DNA of 64,000 bases from a virus (IMGVR_UViG_3300037808_002146), one strand, 5' to 3'. Numbered from the stretch's first letter, positions 14,902 through 24,601 are shown. Made by a program: numbers and translations. Notes: generated from the sequence alone by a model not told the origin.

Positions 14902-17370
14902 TTAAGAACACTTTGAATAGCCGCAAGAAGTACATGCAACGCAACCCTCTTGGTACTTTAATGAATTTTCAGCTCCGCACTCGGGACAAACTTTACTCCC
15001 GCCAGGAACTGTTCCATCATCAATATATTTTTTAAGAACTCTAGAGATAACCTTCGCAAAAGAAAATAAGTGAGCATCTCTATCTTTCTGAAGTTGTTCT
15101 ACTATATACTGAATTGGAGCTCCATGACGTAACGCTAAAGATATAACTCGGGTGAAGCCAGCGTAATCTGGGTTATCGAATACCTTAACAATATCCTTAA
15201 CTACAACTTCACTGCCATTTTCCCCAAAATGCAAATCATACTTCGAAGCCATAGTTTTTCTAGAACGTTTCGTAATTTTCCCATACGAATAAGTTGGTGG
15301 GATTTCAATATATTCAGATTTTCCACCTAAAACCTCATAAGGTCGGCCGGACATTAGACCAACCAAAATAGTCCAAGCTTCGCCTTTTACCTGAGTCCTA
15401 TGTATTTCACACTCCAGAGTTTCTGGTCGTTTTGGAGCATTAACAACTTCTACAGAATTGTTGTTTTCTCTCGACTCAGCACTCACTAAAACTCCAGAAC
15501 GACATCCATCCCTATAGACTGTCAAACCTTTTAGTCCTTGCTTCCAACCCCTCCAATAGACATTTTTAACATCGTCTATTGAGACTTCTCTTGGCAAGTT
15601 TATCGTTTTGCTAATCGCATGGCAAACCCATTTTTGAGCCGCAGCTTGTACGTCAACAGCGGATTCCCAGTTAATCTCGTTTGCAGTGGACAAGTTGTAG
15701 GGACTATCCTCTATTTTAGACAACCCTGATATATTCATCCAGTCTTTGAAGCCATGATGATAAACATCGAACTCTCGCCACTCATCTCCTAGATCATCAA
15801 CAAAGTCTACTTGAGCTTCGAGATCATTCGGATTAACCTTTTTCCTCCTCGTATACTTTAGCATAAAGGCTGGTTCAATCCCGGATGTTGTTTGAGTGAG
15901 CATCGATACACTTCCGCAAGGTGCTGTGGTTGTCAATGCTATGTTTCTTCTACCATGAAGAGAGTGCAAATCTCTAACTTCTGAGCTTTGTTCAAAAATT
16001 CTTTTGATAAATGGGTGATTTAATTCTTTTTCGAAATCGTATACAGGGAAAGCTCCACGCTCTTTAGCTAACAAGCAAGAAGAAGTATACGAAGAGATGC
16101 AAAGGTTTTTATATATCTTTTCTGTCTCATTTATGCTCTCTTCACTGCCATACGTTAACCCGAGCATTGCTAAAGTATCCCCTAGACCTGTAACTCCTAA
16201 ACCTGTCCTTCTCCCATTAATTGCAGCTTTTTTTACTTTGTTCCAAAGATCGAGCTCTGTAGATTTAACGGAATCTGACTCTGGATCTGCTTTAATTTTT
16301 AAAATGATTTTATCAACGCATTCCATTTCAAGATCAATCAAATCATCCATCAGTCTTTGAGCTTTTTTGGTGTTTTTATCAAAAAGCTCGTAATTAAACC
16401 TGCTTTGTTTTGTGAATGGCTTTTCAACAAATGACGTTAGATTCAAAAGTAAAAGTCGGCAACTATCATATGCTGAGAGCGTTATTTCGCTGCATGGGTT
16501 TGTACTAACAGTGTCGAAACCAACATCGCTGTAAGCTTGCGCGGGAGTGTATTTTAAGACATTGTCCCAAAACAAAAGACCAGGTTCAGCGGAAGTATGA
16601 GCTGACTCAATTATTTGATCCCAAAGCTTTGACGCATCAGTTGTTCTAGACACTAGCTTATTTTCTTCACCGGAAACCGGATACCTTAGTTCAAATTCCT
16701 TTTTTTCCTCAACGGCTTCCATAAATTCGTCGGAAAGCCTTATTGATATATTGGCTCCAGTTACTTTCGTCAAGTCTCGCTTGATATTAACAAAAGTTTC
16801 AATATCGGGGTGGTGAACTGAGATTGTTAGCATTAGAGCACCGCGGCGTCCTCCTTGAGCAACTTCTCTGCAACTATTTGAAAACCTTTCCATAAAGATG
16901 CCAATTCCGTCTGTTGTTTTTGCTGCGTTGGAAGTAGATAGACCTTGAGGTCTAATTGAGGATATATCAAACCCTACGCCTCCGCGGCGTTTCATAATCT
17001 GGACTTGCTCTTGATCAGTTTTTAAAATTCCACCGTAGGAATCTTGAGGTGCTTCTACAACAAAACAGTTAGAAAGAGACTGAATTTGGTTTGTGTTGCC
17101 AATGCCAGACATTGGAGATCCCTGGGGAACTACGTACTTAAAGCCCTCTAGCAGCGAGTATATTTCGCTTTCAGACATAGGGTTAGGATAATTCGATTCA
17201 ATCCTAGCAAACTCAGAAGCAATTCTTTTATGCATATCATTTGGATTTTTTTCCAAAAAAGATCCGTCTTTTGAGACTAAAGCGTATTTAGTAGCAAAAA
17301 CATTGGCTGCTAATTCGTCTCCACCAAAATATTTCTTGCTTGATTCCACGACTTCTTCAAAAGTATACAT
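14902..17370 (-). CDS. nrdJ: class II (adenosylcobalamin-dependent) ribonucleotide reductase with C-terminal TSCPD-like domain and Zn ribbon
   Basis: SLSNCFV, GGVGFD, QGGRRGALM, thiyl-radical loop TNPCSEI, TTAPCGS, TSGIEP, LKGLTVYRDGCR, terminal CPECG...CTSCGYSKC. No adjacent nrdB. Confidence 0.9.
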   Translation of the reverse strand: MYTFEEVVESSKKYFGGDELAANVFATKYALVSKDGSFLEKNPNDMHKRIASEFARIESNYPNPMSESEIYSLLEGFKYVVPQGSPMSGIGNTNQIQSLSNCFVVEAPQDSYGGILKTDQEQVQIMKRRGGVGFDISSIRPQGLSTSNAAKTTDGIGIFMERFSNSCREVAQGGRRGALMLTISVHHPDIETFVNIKRDLTKVTGANISIRLSDEFMEAVEEKKEFELRYPVSGEENKLVSRTTDASKLWDQIIESAHTSAEPGLLFWDNVLKYTPAQAYSDVGFDTVSTNPCSEITLSAYDSCRLLLLNLTSFVEKPFTKQSRFNYELFDKNTKKAQRLMDDLIDLEMECVDKIILKIKADPESDSVKSTELDLWNKVKKAAINGRRTGLGVTGLGDTLAMLGLTYGSEESINETEKIYKNLCISSYTSSCLLAKERGAFPVYDFEKELNHPFIKRIFEQSSEVRDLHSLHGRRNIALTTTAPCGSVSMLTQTTSGIEPAFMLKYTRRKKVNPNDLEAQVDFVDDLGDEWREFDVYHHGFKDWMNISGLSKIEDSPYNLSTANEINWESAVDVQAAAQKWVCHAISKTINLPREVSIDDVKNVYWRGWKQGLKGLTVYRDGCRSGVLVSAESRENNNSVEVVNAPKRPETLECEIHRTQVKGEAWTILVGLMSGRPYEVLGGKSEYIEIPPTYSYGKITKRSRKTMASKYDLHFGENGSEVVVKDIVKVFDNPDYAGFTRVISLALRHGAPIQYIVEQLQKDRDAHLFSFAKVISRVLKKYIDDGTVPGGSKVCPECGAENSLKYQEGCVACTSCGYSKCS

Positions 17371-17373
17371 TTT

Positions 17374-18804
17374 TTATCCCTTCAATTCATCCCACTTTTT
17401 CTTTAGGTTTTCTTTCATTACTTTTTCATCACTCTGAACTGCTTCTGCTAAAGTTTGAACTTCTTCGTTTAGAAGTTCAAATCTTGACATGCTGGTGTCA
17501 ATATGGACTGGGAAGAGTATACCGTCTTTACCAGCCCTATTTTTAGCGACAAACAACCTGCCATGACCCGTAGCTTTTTCCATTGGTTTTCTAGATAAAG
17601 TTACAACAAAATCTGCGACCATCGCTTTGCCATATGCTTCTGCCATATTTTCTAAACCAACAATTTCAGAGTTAGATGAGTCTCTGTTCGCTTGAGAAGC
17701 TGTCCAAACCGGTATGCTCATTTCCATTGCCAAATTTCTTAATTCTTCGTAAATCAATTTTAACTCGTGCCTTAAGGAATCATAAGCCCTCGTTGATCTC
17801 ATAATATCTGCGTAATCAATTATTATTACGCTTGGCTTAAAACCTCTCAACATCAACTTATCAATGTGATTTCTAAGAGTAACAACAGACGCTGAATTGG
17901 TCGGATACTCTTTTATTATCAATCTTCCTAAGTCTTCGTTGCTTTCATAAAAATTAATCACTTTTTCCTTTTGGTTAATGACATCAGAGGAATTAATTCC
18001 ACAAAGGTTAGAATCGTACCTAAGACCAACGGATTGCTCCGTTAACTCAAACGTATAATGAAGAACGTTTTTTCCAGCTTTCATTGCGTTTGCTCCCATA
18101 GCAACGAGCCAATGAGATTTGCCAACGCCAGTATTAGCTGTTATGATGCCTATTTCTCCCCTTCCTAAGCCACCATTGAGAATATCTGCTGCATCGAGTT
18201 TACTTAGGCCGGTTGGACATACCTGCCTATTAATTTTAATAAATCGAGCTTCAATATCTTCAAAAAAATCATGACCTGCAGAGTTGGGTAAACCAATAGA
18301 AATAGCGTTTTTCATCAAAGTTAAAACATGATCAAACTTATCTTCAGAGATTAGCTCAACTGATTTCTCTAGTGCTTCTTTAAAAGCTTGCCTTTTACAA
18401 AAATCAAGAATTTTTTCTTTCACGTAAGCAACATCACCTGGATGTGGGTTCTTTTTCATACGGTGCAAAAAATCTATGACTTGTGTTTTTAGAAGATCAT
18501 CATTTTCTTCCTGAAATGATTCTTTGACAATTGAAACTAATAATTGAGTCGTTGGGAAACAACGATATCTGAAGAAATAATTGAAATATTTTTCGCACAA
18601 AAAACGTAAGTAAACTAACTCAAAAAAATCAAATCGCATTACTTCAACCATCTGTGCAGCCCAAGCGTGGTCGGTTAAAAGCCCTTGAAGTATTTTTTCT
18701 TGAAACTGCTTATTATATTTAGAAAACTGTCCAGCTGGGACGTGATCAAGGACGGTGATTGGTGCGTTATCAAGGATGATAACTTCGTTTTCGTTATTTT
18801 CCAT
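17374..18804 (-). CDS. dnaB: replicative DNA helicase (DnaB/T4 gp41-like)
   Basis: Walker A ANTGVGKS, HYTFEL, IKEYPT, IIIDYADIM, WTASQANR, KNRAG. Confidence 0.92.
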   Translation of the reverse strand: MENNENEVIILDNAPITVLDHVPAGQFSKYNKQFQEKILQGLLTDHAWAAQMVEVMRFDFFELVYLRFLCEKYFNYFFRYRCFPTTQLLVSIVKESFQEENDDLLKTQVIDFLHRMKKNPHPGDVAYVKEKILDFCKRQAFKEALEKSVELISEDKFDHVLTLMKNAISIGLPNSAGHDFFEDIEARFIKINRQVCPTGLSKLDAADILNGGLGRGEIGIITANTGVGKSHWLVAMGANAMKAGKNVLHYTFELTEQSVGLRYDSNLCGINSSDVINQKEKVINFYESNEDLGRLIIKEYPTNSASVVTLRNHIDKLMLRGFKPSVIIIDYADIMRSTRAYDSLRHELKLIYEELRNLAMEMSIPVWTASQANRDSSNSEIVGLENMAEAYGKAMVADFVVTLSRKPMEKATGHGRLFVAKNRAGKDGILFPVHIDTSMSRFELLNEEVQTLAEAVQSDEKVMKENLKKKWDELKG

Positions 18805-18806
18805 TA

Positions 18807-19766
18807 TTATTTCAAATTCCTAACTGCTAAAAAAAATCTTTCTACATCAAAATTCTTAACGCCGATCGCATTTTGTTCACGAATAAAACTCAGTTTATCT
18901 CTTTTTTTATCTTCACTATCTCGGATGTAACTTTCTATTTTCTGTATTTGAAAAGCTGACAGGTTTCTCACACCTAAATTCATGAGTTTCCAATTTTTCA
19001 TTGGTACCTCTGGGTTGTTAGCAATTTCAGCGTATAGTTTTAATTTGCTATTTTCGCTTTTTAGCTTCGCTAACTCAACTAGATCATCTATGAGTAAATT
19101 TTTTTCATTAATTTCTGGAAATCTTTTAACCATACTCTTAAAGCCTGCGCCCTTTATGCCTCGCAAGTTGTCGGAAGGATCTCCTACAAAAGATCTAACT
19201 AAACAAAAATCCTCAGGATAGATAGAAAATTTTTGTTTCACTGCTTCTTTATCGATTATCTTCTTTTGTCCTGGTGACCATTGCAAGGTGTTTTCATCAA
19301 TTAGCTGGTATAAATCTTTATCTGAAGATATTATTATTTTATCTTGAGATGGAAAAGTAAGCTTGCACATATACCCTATGATGTCGTCAGCTTCGCAATC
19401 TGCAACATACAGCTGTTTTATACCTGATTTATTTAAGAGTTTAATCAACTTTGATATTTGCCAGTTCCTATTTTCGTAAGTGTCGGGCATCTCTTCTTCT
19501 GCATAAAATCTATTTAGCTTTTGTGGCCTTTTTGTATGTTTATAAGAAGATTGAATGAACCTCCTGCGCGGGGATCCACCACCTTCCCAGATAACATAGA
19601 TGCTCGAAGGAGTAAATCGTTCAGATAATAATTGTATCGCTTTCAAAAACCCGACTACACCCCCTACATGCTCGCCATTTTGAGATATAGTCGGATTAGC
19701 GATAAAATGTCTAGTGAATAAATTTAAAGAATCGATTATGAGAATCGGTCTTTTAAGCTGTTTCAC
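18807..19766 (-). CDS. 5'-3' exonuclease / T4 RNase H-like flap endonuclease
   Basis: IIDSLN, WEGG, YK..R, CEADDIIG, SSDKDLYQL, H3TH motif VGDPSDNLRGIKGAG. Confidence 0.92.
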   Translation of the reverse strand: MKQLKRPILIIDSLNLFTRHFIANPTISQNGEHVGGVVGFLKAIQLLSERFTPSSIYVIWEGGGSPRRRFIQSSYKHTKRPQKLNRFYAEEEMPDTYENRNWQISKLIKLLNKSGIKQLYVADCEADDIIGYMCKLTFPSQDKIIISSDKDLYQLIDENTLQWSPGQKKIIDKEAVKQKFSIYPEDFCLVRSFVGDPSDNLRGIKGAGFKSMVKRFPEINEKNLLIDDLVELAKLKSENSKLKLYAEIANNPEVPMKNWKLMNLGVRNLSAFQIQKIESYIRDSEDKKRDKLSFIREQNAIGVKNFDVERFFLAVRNLK

Positions 19767-20956
19767 GTATCTAATTCCAAAAAGTCTTGCTCTGATTCTA
19801 AAGAGATAGATCTTATTTCTTCGTAAGATTCTAAATCAATGTCTAATGAGTTTGGATCAGACATTTTTCTTACCATCGTAGCTTCTAGAAGATCATCTAT
19901 GTAATTAGAAAACTCGGGATCTCTCCAAACTTCATTAAAGTCTGCTTTGTAGAACTTCTTTTCTACTAAAACTTCGCCTGTCTTCTTGTTGTTTACAATA
20001 AGCGTTTTCCAAGCGCCAGTTCCAGCTAGCTCTATTTTGTTATCGCCAACTATGGCTGGTCCGGACTTTCTTAACTCGTCAAAAACTTGCTCATGCTCTA
20101 AAATACCTTTTCCAAAGTGTATCTCGAAGTTAACTGTTCTAAATGGCGGAGCTACTTTATTTTTAATAGTTTTGGCAGAAACATTTATACCTATGACTTC
20201 CTTCTTTTTGTTTTCAATCTTCTGGCCAGCCCCGAGCTTAATTCTTACAGAAGAATGAAATGGTATAGCTTTACCGCCTGGAGTTGTAGTTGGATCGCCA
20301 TACATAACTCCAATATTTGTTCGAATTTGGTTTAAACAAATTAAAAGAGTGTTAGTTTGACCAATTACGCCTGTTATTTTTCTCATACCTTTAGAGATTG
20401 CTCGAGCTTGAAGGCCGATAGAATTTTGATCGTAATCACCAACCAATTCCGCTTTGGGTGACGAAGCAGCAACAGAGTCCCAAATTATAGTAATCGGAAC
20501 ATCCTTGTCCATTGCTTTCGCTTTTATGATTGTGCCTTCTGCAATTGCTAACACCTCTTCAGTACAGTGAGTGTCAACATAGACAAACCTTTTTGTAATA
20601 TCGACCCCTAAGAGACCTAAGTTTTCAACGCTAGTTGCATTTTCTGTATCGATATAAACAACTATACCTCCCATTTGCTGGGTCGACCTTGCTATTTGAA
20701 TTGCAATGTGAGACTTACCAATAGAAGGTGGACCGAAAATCTCTACGATCCGACCTTCAGGTAAGCCACCATCTCTTTTGTTTGAAATGATATAATCAAG
20801 CTGCTTCGATCCGGTACTGACCCACCTCTTCACATGCGTTGGAGATGAGTCAGTATGCAAATTATAAGCAACTTTGGATCCGTGTTCTTTATTTAGCGAA
20901 GAAATAAGATCGGAAGTAAAATCGTCTGATTGATTTTTAGACTTTTTTTTTGACAT
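19763..20956 (-). CDS. recA: RecA/UvsX recombinase
   Basis: STGSKQLD, GGLPEGRIVEIFGPPSIGKS, WDSVAA, LNQIR, TTPGGKAIPFHSSVRI, KNKVAPPF. Confidence 0.95.
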   Translation of the reverse strand: MSKKKSKNQSDDFTSDLISSLNKEHGSKVAYNLHTDSSPTHVKRWVSTGSKQLDYIISNKRDGGLPEGRIVEIFGPPSIGKSHIAIQIARSTQQMGGIVVYIDTENATSVENLGLLGVDITKRFVYVDTHCTEEVLAIAEGTIIKAKAMDKDVPITIIWDSVAASSPKAELVGDYDQNSIGLQARAISKGMRKITGVIGQTNTLLICLNQIRTNIGVMYGDPTTTPGGKAIPFHSSVRIKLGAGQKIENKKKEVIGINVSAKTIKNKVAPPFRTVNFEIHFGKGILEHEQVFDELRKSGPAIVGDNKIELAGTGAWKTLIVNNKKTGEVLVEKKFYKADFNEVWRDPEFSNYIDDLLEATMVRKMSDPNSLDIDLESYEEIRSISLESEQDFLELDT

Positions 20957-20967
20957 TAATATTTACC

Positions 20968-21759
20968 TTAAAAATCACTTTCAAGATCGGCAAAAGCGTC
21001 ATCTAAGCTACTGAACTTCTTTTTAGTTTCAGTATTACTCTCTTGGACCTTTGCGTTTCTTGTCGTTCCTGTATTTTCAACCCCGGAGTCTGAATCATCT
21101 AGATCTCCGTTGAGCCAATCGTTAATAATTTTCTCAAGCTCTTCGCTAGATTTAAGTGCGTACATATCATCAAGGTTTGGAATACTCGAAGTCCAACTCT
21201 TGATTTGATCATGATTTTCAGACAGCCGGCTTTGCTTACCACGTGGTCTGACTTCGGTAGTCGCCCACATTCTCCCGGGAGCTTTGGTACAGATTACTTT
21301 TACGTCCCTACCCTCAGCTAGATCAGTAATATCTCCATAGTCTTCATCTAACATAATGTTTAGCAGAGATTGATATACTGTCTTGCCAAAAGACCAAACT
21401 CTCACCCCTCTATCTTCCTCTCCGCGGACAATGACTGGGGCGTAGTACCTCGGCTTAGGATATAGCTTCTTAGCTAATTCATAAGACTCTTTAGTTCCTT
21501 CATCTCTCAATTTATTAATAAGATCCTGAATTGGATCAGGCTTGCTAAATTGGTAAGGAGCTAGAAGCCCGGGATTATTTCCAATGTTATAATAAAACCA
21601 GCGCTCTACAAAAGGTAGTCCATCCTCATTGTCCGGAAATGAGAGAATACGTACAGTAACCTCTTCTCCTTCTTGGGGACGCCACATAGCATTCCTCTTA
21701 TTACCTTGACCACTAAGCTGGTTTAGCTTTCTTCTAATTGCTTCAAAATCAACTGCCAT
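20968..21759 (-). CDS. single-stranded DNA-binding protein (T4 gp32-like)
   Basis: Aromatic OB-fold core (VRILSFP, WFYY, YYAPVIVRG, WSFGKTVY, DITD...GRD), acidic tail LDDAFADLESDF. Adjacent to recA. Confidence 0.85.
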   Translation of the reverse strand: MAVDFEAIRRKLNQLSGQGNKRNAMWRPQEGEEVTVRILSFPDNEDGLPFVERWFYYNIGNNPGLLAPYQFSKPDPIQDLINKLRDEGTKESYELAKKLYPKPRYYAPVIVRGEEDRGVRVWSFGKTVYQSLLNIMLDEDYGDITDLAEGRDVKVICTKAPGRMWATTEVRPRGKQSRLSENHDQIKSWTSSIPNLDDMYALKSSEELEKIINDWLNGDLDDSDSGVENTGTTRNAKVQESNTETKKKFSSLDDAFADLESDF

Positions 21760-21802
21760 AATTAGTTCCTCCTAGTTTGACAAATTTTCAACTTGTATTA
21801 TG

Positions 21803-21831
21803 ATTATAAGCTTAGGAAGGTGGGTTTTCAG
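21803..21831 (-). promoter_or_regulatory. sigma70-like promoter CTGAAA-N17-TATAAT upstream of the SSB gene
   Basis: Exact -10, 17-nt spacer, strong AGGAGG RBS downstream. Confidence 0.6.
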
Positions 21832-21846
21832 TAATATTTAAAGATT

Positions 21847-22083
21847 TTATTTTTTCTTTTTCTTAGTACGTTTAATAACCTTTTTGGGATAAGATGGCCC
21901 CGTTCCTAAGGGTGTAGAAACTCCAGGCATACCAGCTGCGACTGACATTTCGTCTGATTTTTCGTGATCTCTATCTTCTTTTTCACGAGTGTCTTGATTG
22001 GTGAGATCAGGCTCTCCTAACACATCATTCTTTCTTTCGAGAAAAAGTAAACGTATATAAGTTCTTAGTAATTGTTTGTTCAT
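21847..22083 (-). CDS. small charged hypothetical protein, possibly head-associated
   Basis: N-terminal LLRTYIRLLFLE helix resembling motifs in head-region proteins. ATAATTA 5 nt before the ATG. Confidence 0.65.
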   Translation of the reverse strand: MNKQLLRTYIRLLFLERKNDVLGEPDLTNQDTREKEDRDHEKSDEMSVAAGMPGVSTPLGTGPSYPKKVIKRTKKKKK

Positions 22084-22091
22084 ATTCTTAA

Positions 22092-22913
22092 TTATTTAGA
22101 AAACCTGTATTTTGGATCAATTTCGAAAATTTGTGGCTCCACTCCTTGTAAATTTTCTAGCAACCAAGCCTCTTCGACTTGACCTTGCTCTCTATTCTCT
22201 ATAGACAGCCACCAACTTCCAATATCCGGATTCCACCTATACCTTCGTTCTTTTAGGAGGTTGTTAGAACCCCTCGGCGAATTTGCTGCGAAAATTTGTA
22301 AATCTGGTGTATGAGCTCGCGTAATCATGCTTGAAGTCTTTCGATTGATATCCAAAACGTGAGTAAGAGCTTCCAGAGCGGCAGCAGAGTCCTTGAAATC
22401 GTAAAAGAAACCGGTAAATACTGAAAGCACGCTTAAACTTCTAGAAGGGAACCCGGTGGTATTCCAATCAATGTGTTCCATCGAACAACCCCACAAAGTG
22501 CTAGTTGTCCCTATATGCTTTTCAATCCACGGTTTGACGAAAGATGAATTATGAGAAACGACTAAGTCAGCTCCTTCAAAAAGTCTAGAAATAAGATCCC
22601 AGTCTATTTTTGAACCAGATTTTTCAACTAAGGAAAAATCTAAAAATCTTTGTTCGTCTTCAGATAATTTTCTACACGGATCTTGGAAAAAAGAAACAGT
22701 TTTTCTAGACTTTGAAAAATCTCCGCTCTTGTTTATATAGCAAAGCTTCAAATTTACCCTCAACAAATCTCCATTGCTGCTGTTAAGAGATGTTGTCGCT
22801 ATACTACAGAATATTACTTTCAAATCATCATCACATAGTTTTGACATTTTCAAAGTCGGAATTTTGCTTATATTTTTAATTTCAATAAAATCTTTTTCGT
22901 TATCAATAATCAT
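22092..22913 (-). CDS. DnaQ/epsilon-like DEDDh exonuclease homologue, predicted catalytically inactive
   Basis: Family landmarks retained (FQDP, ADLVVSHN, WGCS..IDW...GF, GFFY, LK.R.YRW, SWW), but ExoI DxE reads SIA, ExoII HNxxFD reads HNSSFV, and the ExoIII His and Asp are replaced. Confidence 0.75.
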   Translation of the reverse strand: MIIDNEKDFIEIKNISKIPTLKMSKLCDDDLKVIFCSIATTSLNSSNGDLLRVNLKLCYINKSGDFSKSRKTVSFFQDPCRKLSEDEQRFLDFSLVEKSGSKIDWDLISRLFEGADLVVSHNSSFVKPWIEKHIGTTSTLWGCSMEHIDWNTTGFPSRSLSVLSVFTGFFYDFKDSAAALEALTHVLDINRKTSSMITRAHTPDLQIFAANSPRGSNNLLKERRYRWNPDIGSWWLSIENREQGQVEEAWLLENLQGVEPQIFEIDPKYRFSK

Positions 22914-23413
22914 TAATCATCCCAAGTCTTTTTGTTTCCTTGATATATTATAATCGCTCCTGAATTGTTTTCAACTTGAATCAAGGAACTAACTTTTAAC
23001 AAGCCAGCATTTTGCGACCCAATTAATGTATGGTAGATATATTTGACACCATCACGAGAGCTAATTTCTGAAGTTTTTACTTTTAATCCCGACTTAGCGC
23101 CTCTAGTAACTTGGGAAAGACCAGTATAAACTTTTTTCATAGTCTCCGTGCCAACAAAAGCTTGACGTAATATATTTTTTATTTTTTCCATATCGTCAAC
23201 TCCAGTAGCTGATGATATCTTTAAGTTCTTCATAAGCTGCTTTGGATCCTCCGCGGCTAGTGCGCCGGCTTCTTTTACACCAGTGGAGAAACGACCGCTG
23301 CCAGTAGAGGCCTCTATTCCAGCTTTACTCTTTTTTTCCGGCTTCGCAACTGTCTTCTCTTCTTTTTCTTCAGTAAGAATATCTCGAATAATATCTTTTG
23401 TTGAAACTTTCAT
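22913..23413 (-). CDS. hypothetical protein (166 aa)
   Basis: N-terminal KDIIRDILTEE motif, Lys/Gly-rich. Coupled to both neighbours. Confidence 0.7.
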   Translation of the reverse strand: MKVSTKDIIRDILTEEKEEKTVAKPEKKSKAGIEASTGSGRFSTGVKEAGALAAEDPKQLMKNLKISSATGVDDMEKIKNILRQAFVGTETMKKVYTGLSQVTRGAKSGLKVKTSEISSRDGVKYIYHTLIGSQNAGLLKVSSLIQVENNSGAIIIYQGNKKTWDD

Positions 23414-24567
23414 ATAATATCACACTCCAAATAAAAATGTCCAATGTCAGGAATATCTACGCCTTCTTTAACTATTTTACAAACTTCTTCTAAATCAAAA
23501 TTATTAACGTCTGCGACCAAAGCATCGTGGACTACCGCTAAGGGTTTGAAAGAGCTTGGCATTTTTTTAGATATTTTAGAAAACCCAAAAAGAGAAACAT
23601 CAACCCCCGTACTTTGAATAAAGTTATTTACTGCTATGTTAGCTGTATTCCTTTTTAAAGTAATTGGTCTTCCAAAATAGTTCTTTATTTTACCCGACTT
23701 AAAATCTCCTGTTTTTTTCAAAATAGATTTCAAATCGAAATATTCATCAATAGCTTTCTTTATTATAATAGCTTCTTTTCCGACAATCTCAGTTAGCTTA
23801 GATATCCCGGCACCAAAAAGCGTTGAAAGAACCGCTGCTTTTACTTTTTTTCGGCTATAAGTAAGCTTATATTCTTCTATTATGTCGTTGTATATGTCTT
23901 CTTTAGCAGAGTTTGAAGTCATCAGCTTTGCTAATCTAGGCTCTAAAGAGACAAAATCAATCCACAAAATCTTTCCATTCTCGTATCTGCTTTTAAATAT
24001 GTTTTTCATTTCACGTGGTAATAGCAAAACCTGCGGACCTGATTTCACAACTAGCCTCCCGGTGACTGTTTTAAATCTATTGTACTCTATACGAGAAGTT
24101 AATCCATCTTTTTGTGGTCGAAACGATTGGATTGTTTTGCTAACAGTAGCATTCTCTATAGATTTTTTTAATAAATTTTCATTTGGGCAAAATCGGTTTA
24201 AGTTCTGGAGAATTTCATTTCCTTCAGAAAAAATATTAGAGTACCTATTTGTAGTTACTCCTTTCATATTTTTCAAAAAAGCGTGTAAGTCATCTATTTT
24301 TTTAGAGTATATCCTGGTAGGTAAAACGTGCTTCCAAGGAGGATTAGAAGATCCTACGGAAAGCATCATCCTGCGGTGCTTTTCCTCGATGAATTCTAGA
24401 GGCTCAAAATCGTATAAAGATAAGTAATCATTTAAGGTATTATGCTTATTGATATCTAAGAACAAATCAAAGTTTGAATCAAGATCATCATGCCAAGAGT
24501 ATTCTTCGTTGTTTAGAACTAGGTATTGGCCATTACTAAAGATATTTTTGTCTATCATAATTTTCAT
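23410..24567 (-). CDS. short family-A DNA polymerase-like protein (palm and fingers, little thumb)
   Basis: TVTGRL, motif A IDFVSLEPRL, motif B RKKVKAAVLSTLFG, motif 6 AVNNFIQSTGVD, motif C VVHDALV. Confidence 0.78.
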   Translation of the reverse strand: MKIMIDKNIFSNGQYLVLNNEEYSWHDDLDSNFDLFLDINKHNTLNDYLSLYDFEPLEFIEEKHRRMMLSVGSSNPPWKHVLPTRIYSKKIDDLHAFLKNMKGVTTNRYSNIFSEGNEILQNLNRFCPNENLLKKSIENATVSKTIQSFRPQKDGLTSRIEYNRFKTVTGRLVVKSGPQVLLLPREMKNIFKSRYENGKILWIDFVSLEPRLAKLMTSNSAKEDIYNDIIEEYKLTYSRKKVKAAVLSTLFGAGISKLTEIVGKEAIIIKKAIDEYFDLKSILKKTGDFKSGKIKNYFGRPITLKRNTANIAVNNFIQSTGVDVSLFGFSKISKKMPSSFKPLAVVHDALVADVNNFDLEEVCKIVKEGVDIPDIGHFYLECDII

Positions 24568-24572
24568 GATAT

Positions 24573-24601
24573 ATTTTAAAAGAGTATACGAATTTTTTCA
24601 T
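24573..24601 (-). promoter_or_regulatory. sigma70-like promoter ATGAAA-N17-TAAAAT, 5 nt before the polA-like ATG
   Basis: Marks the boundary between the tail block and the replication block. No RBS. Confidence 0.5.
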
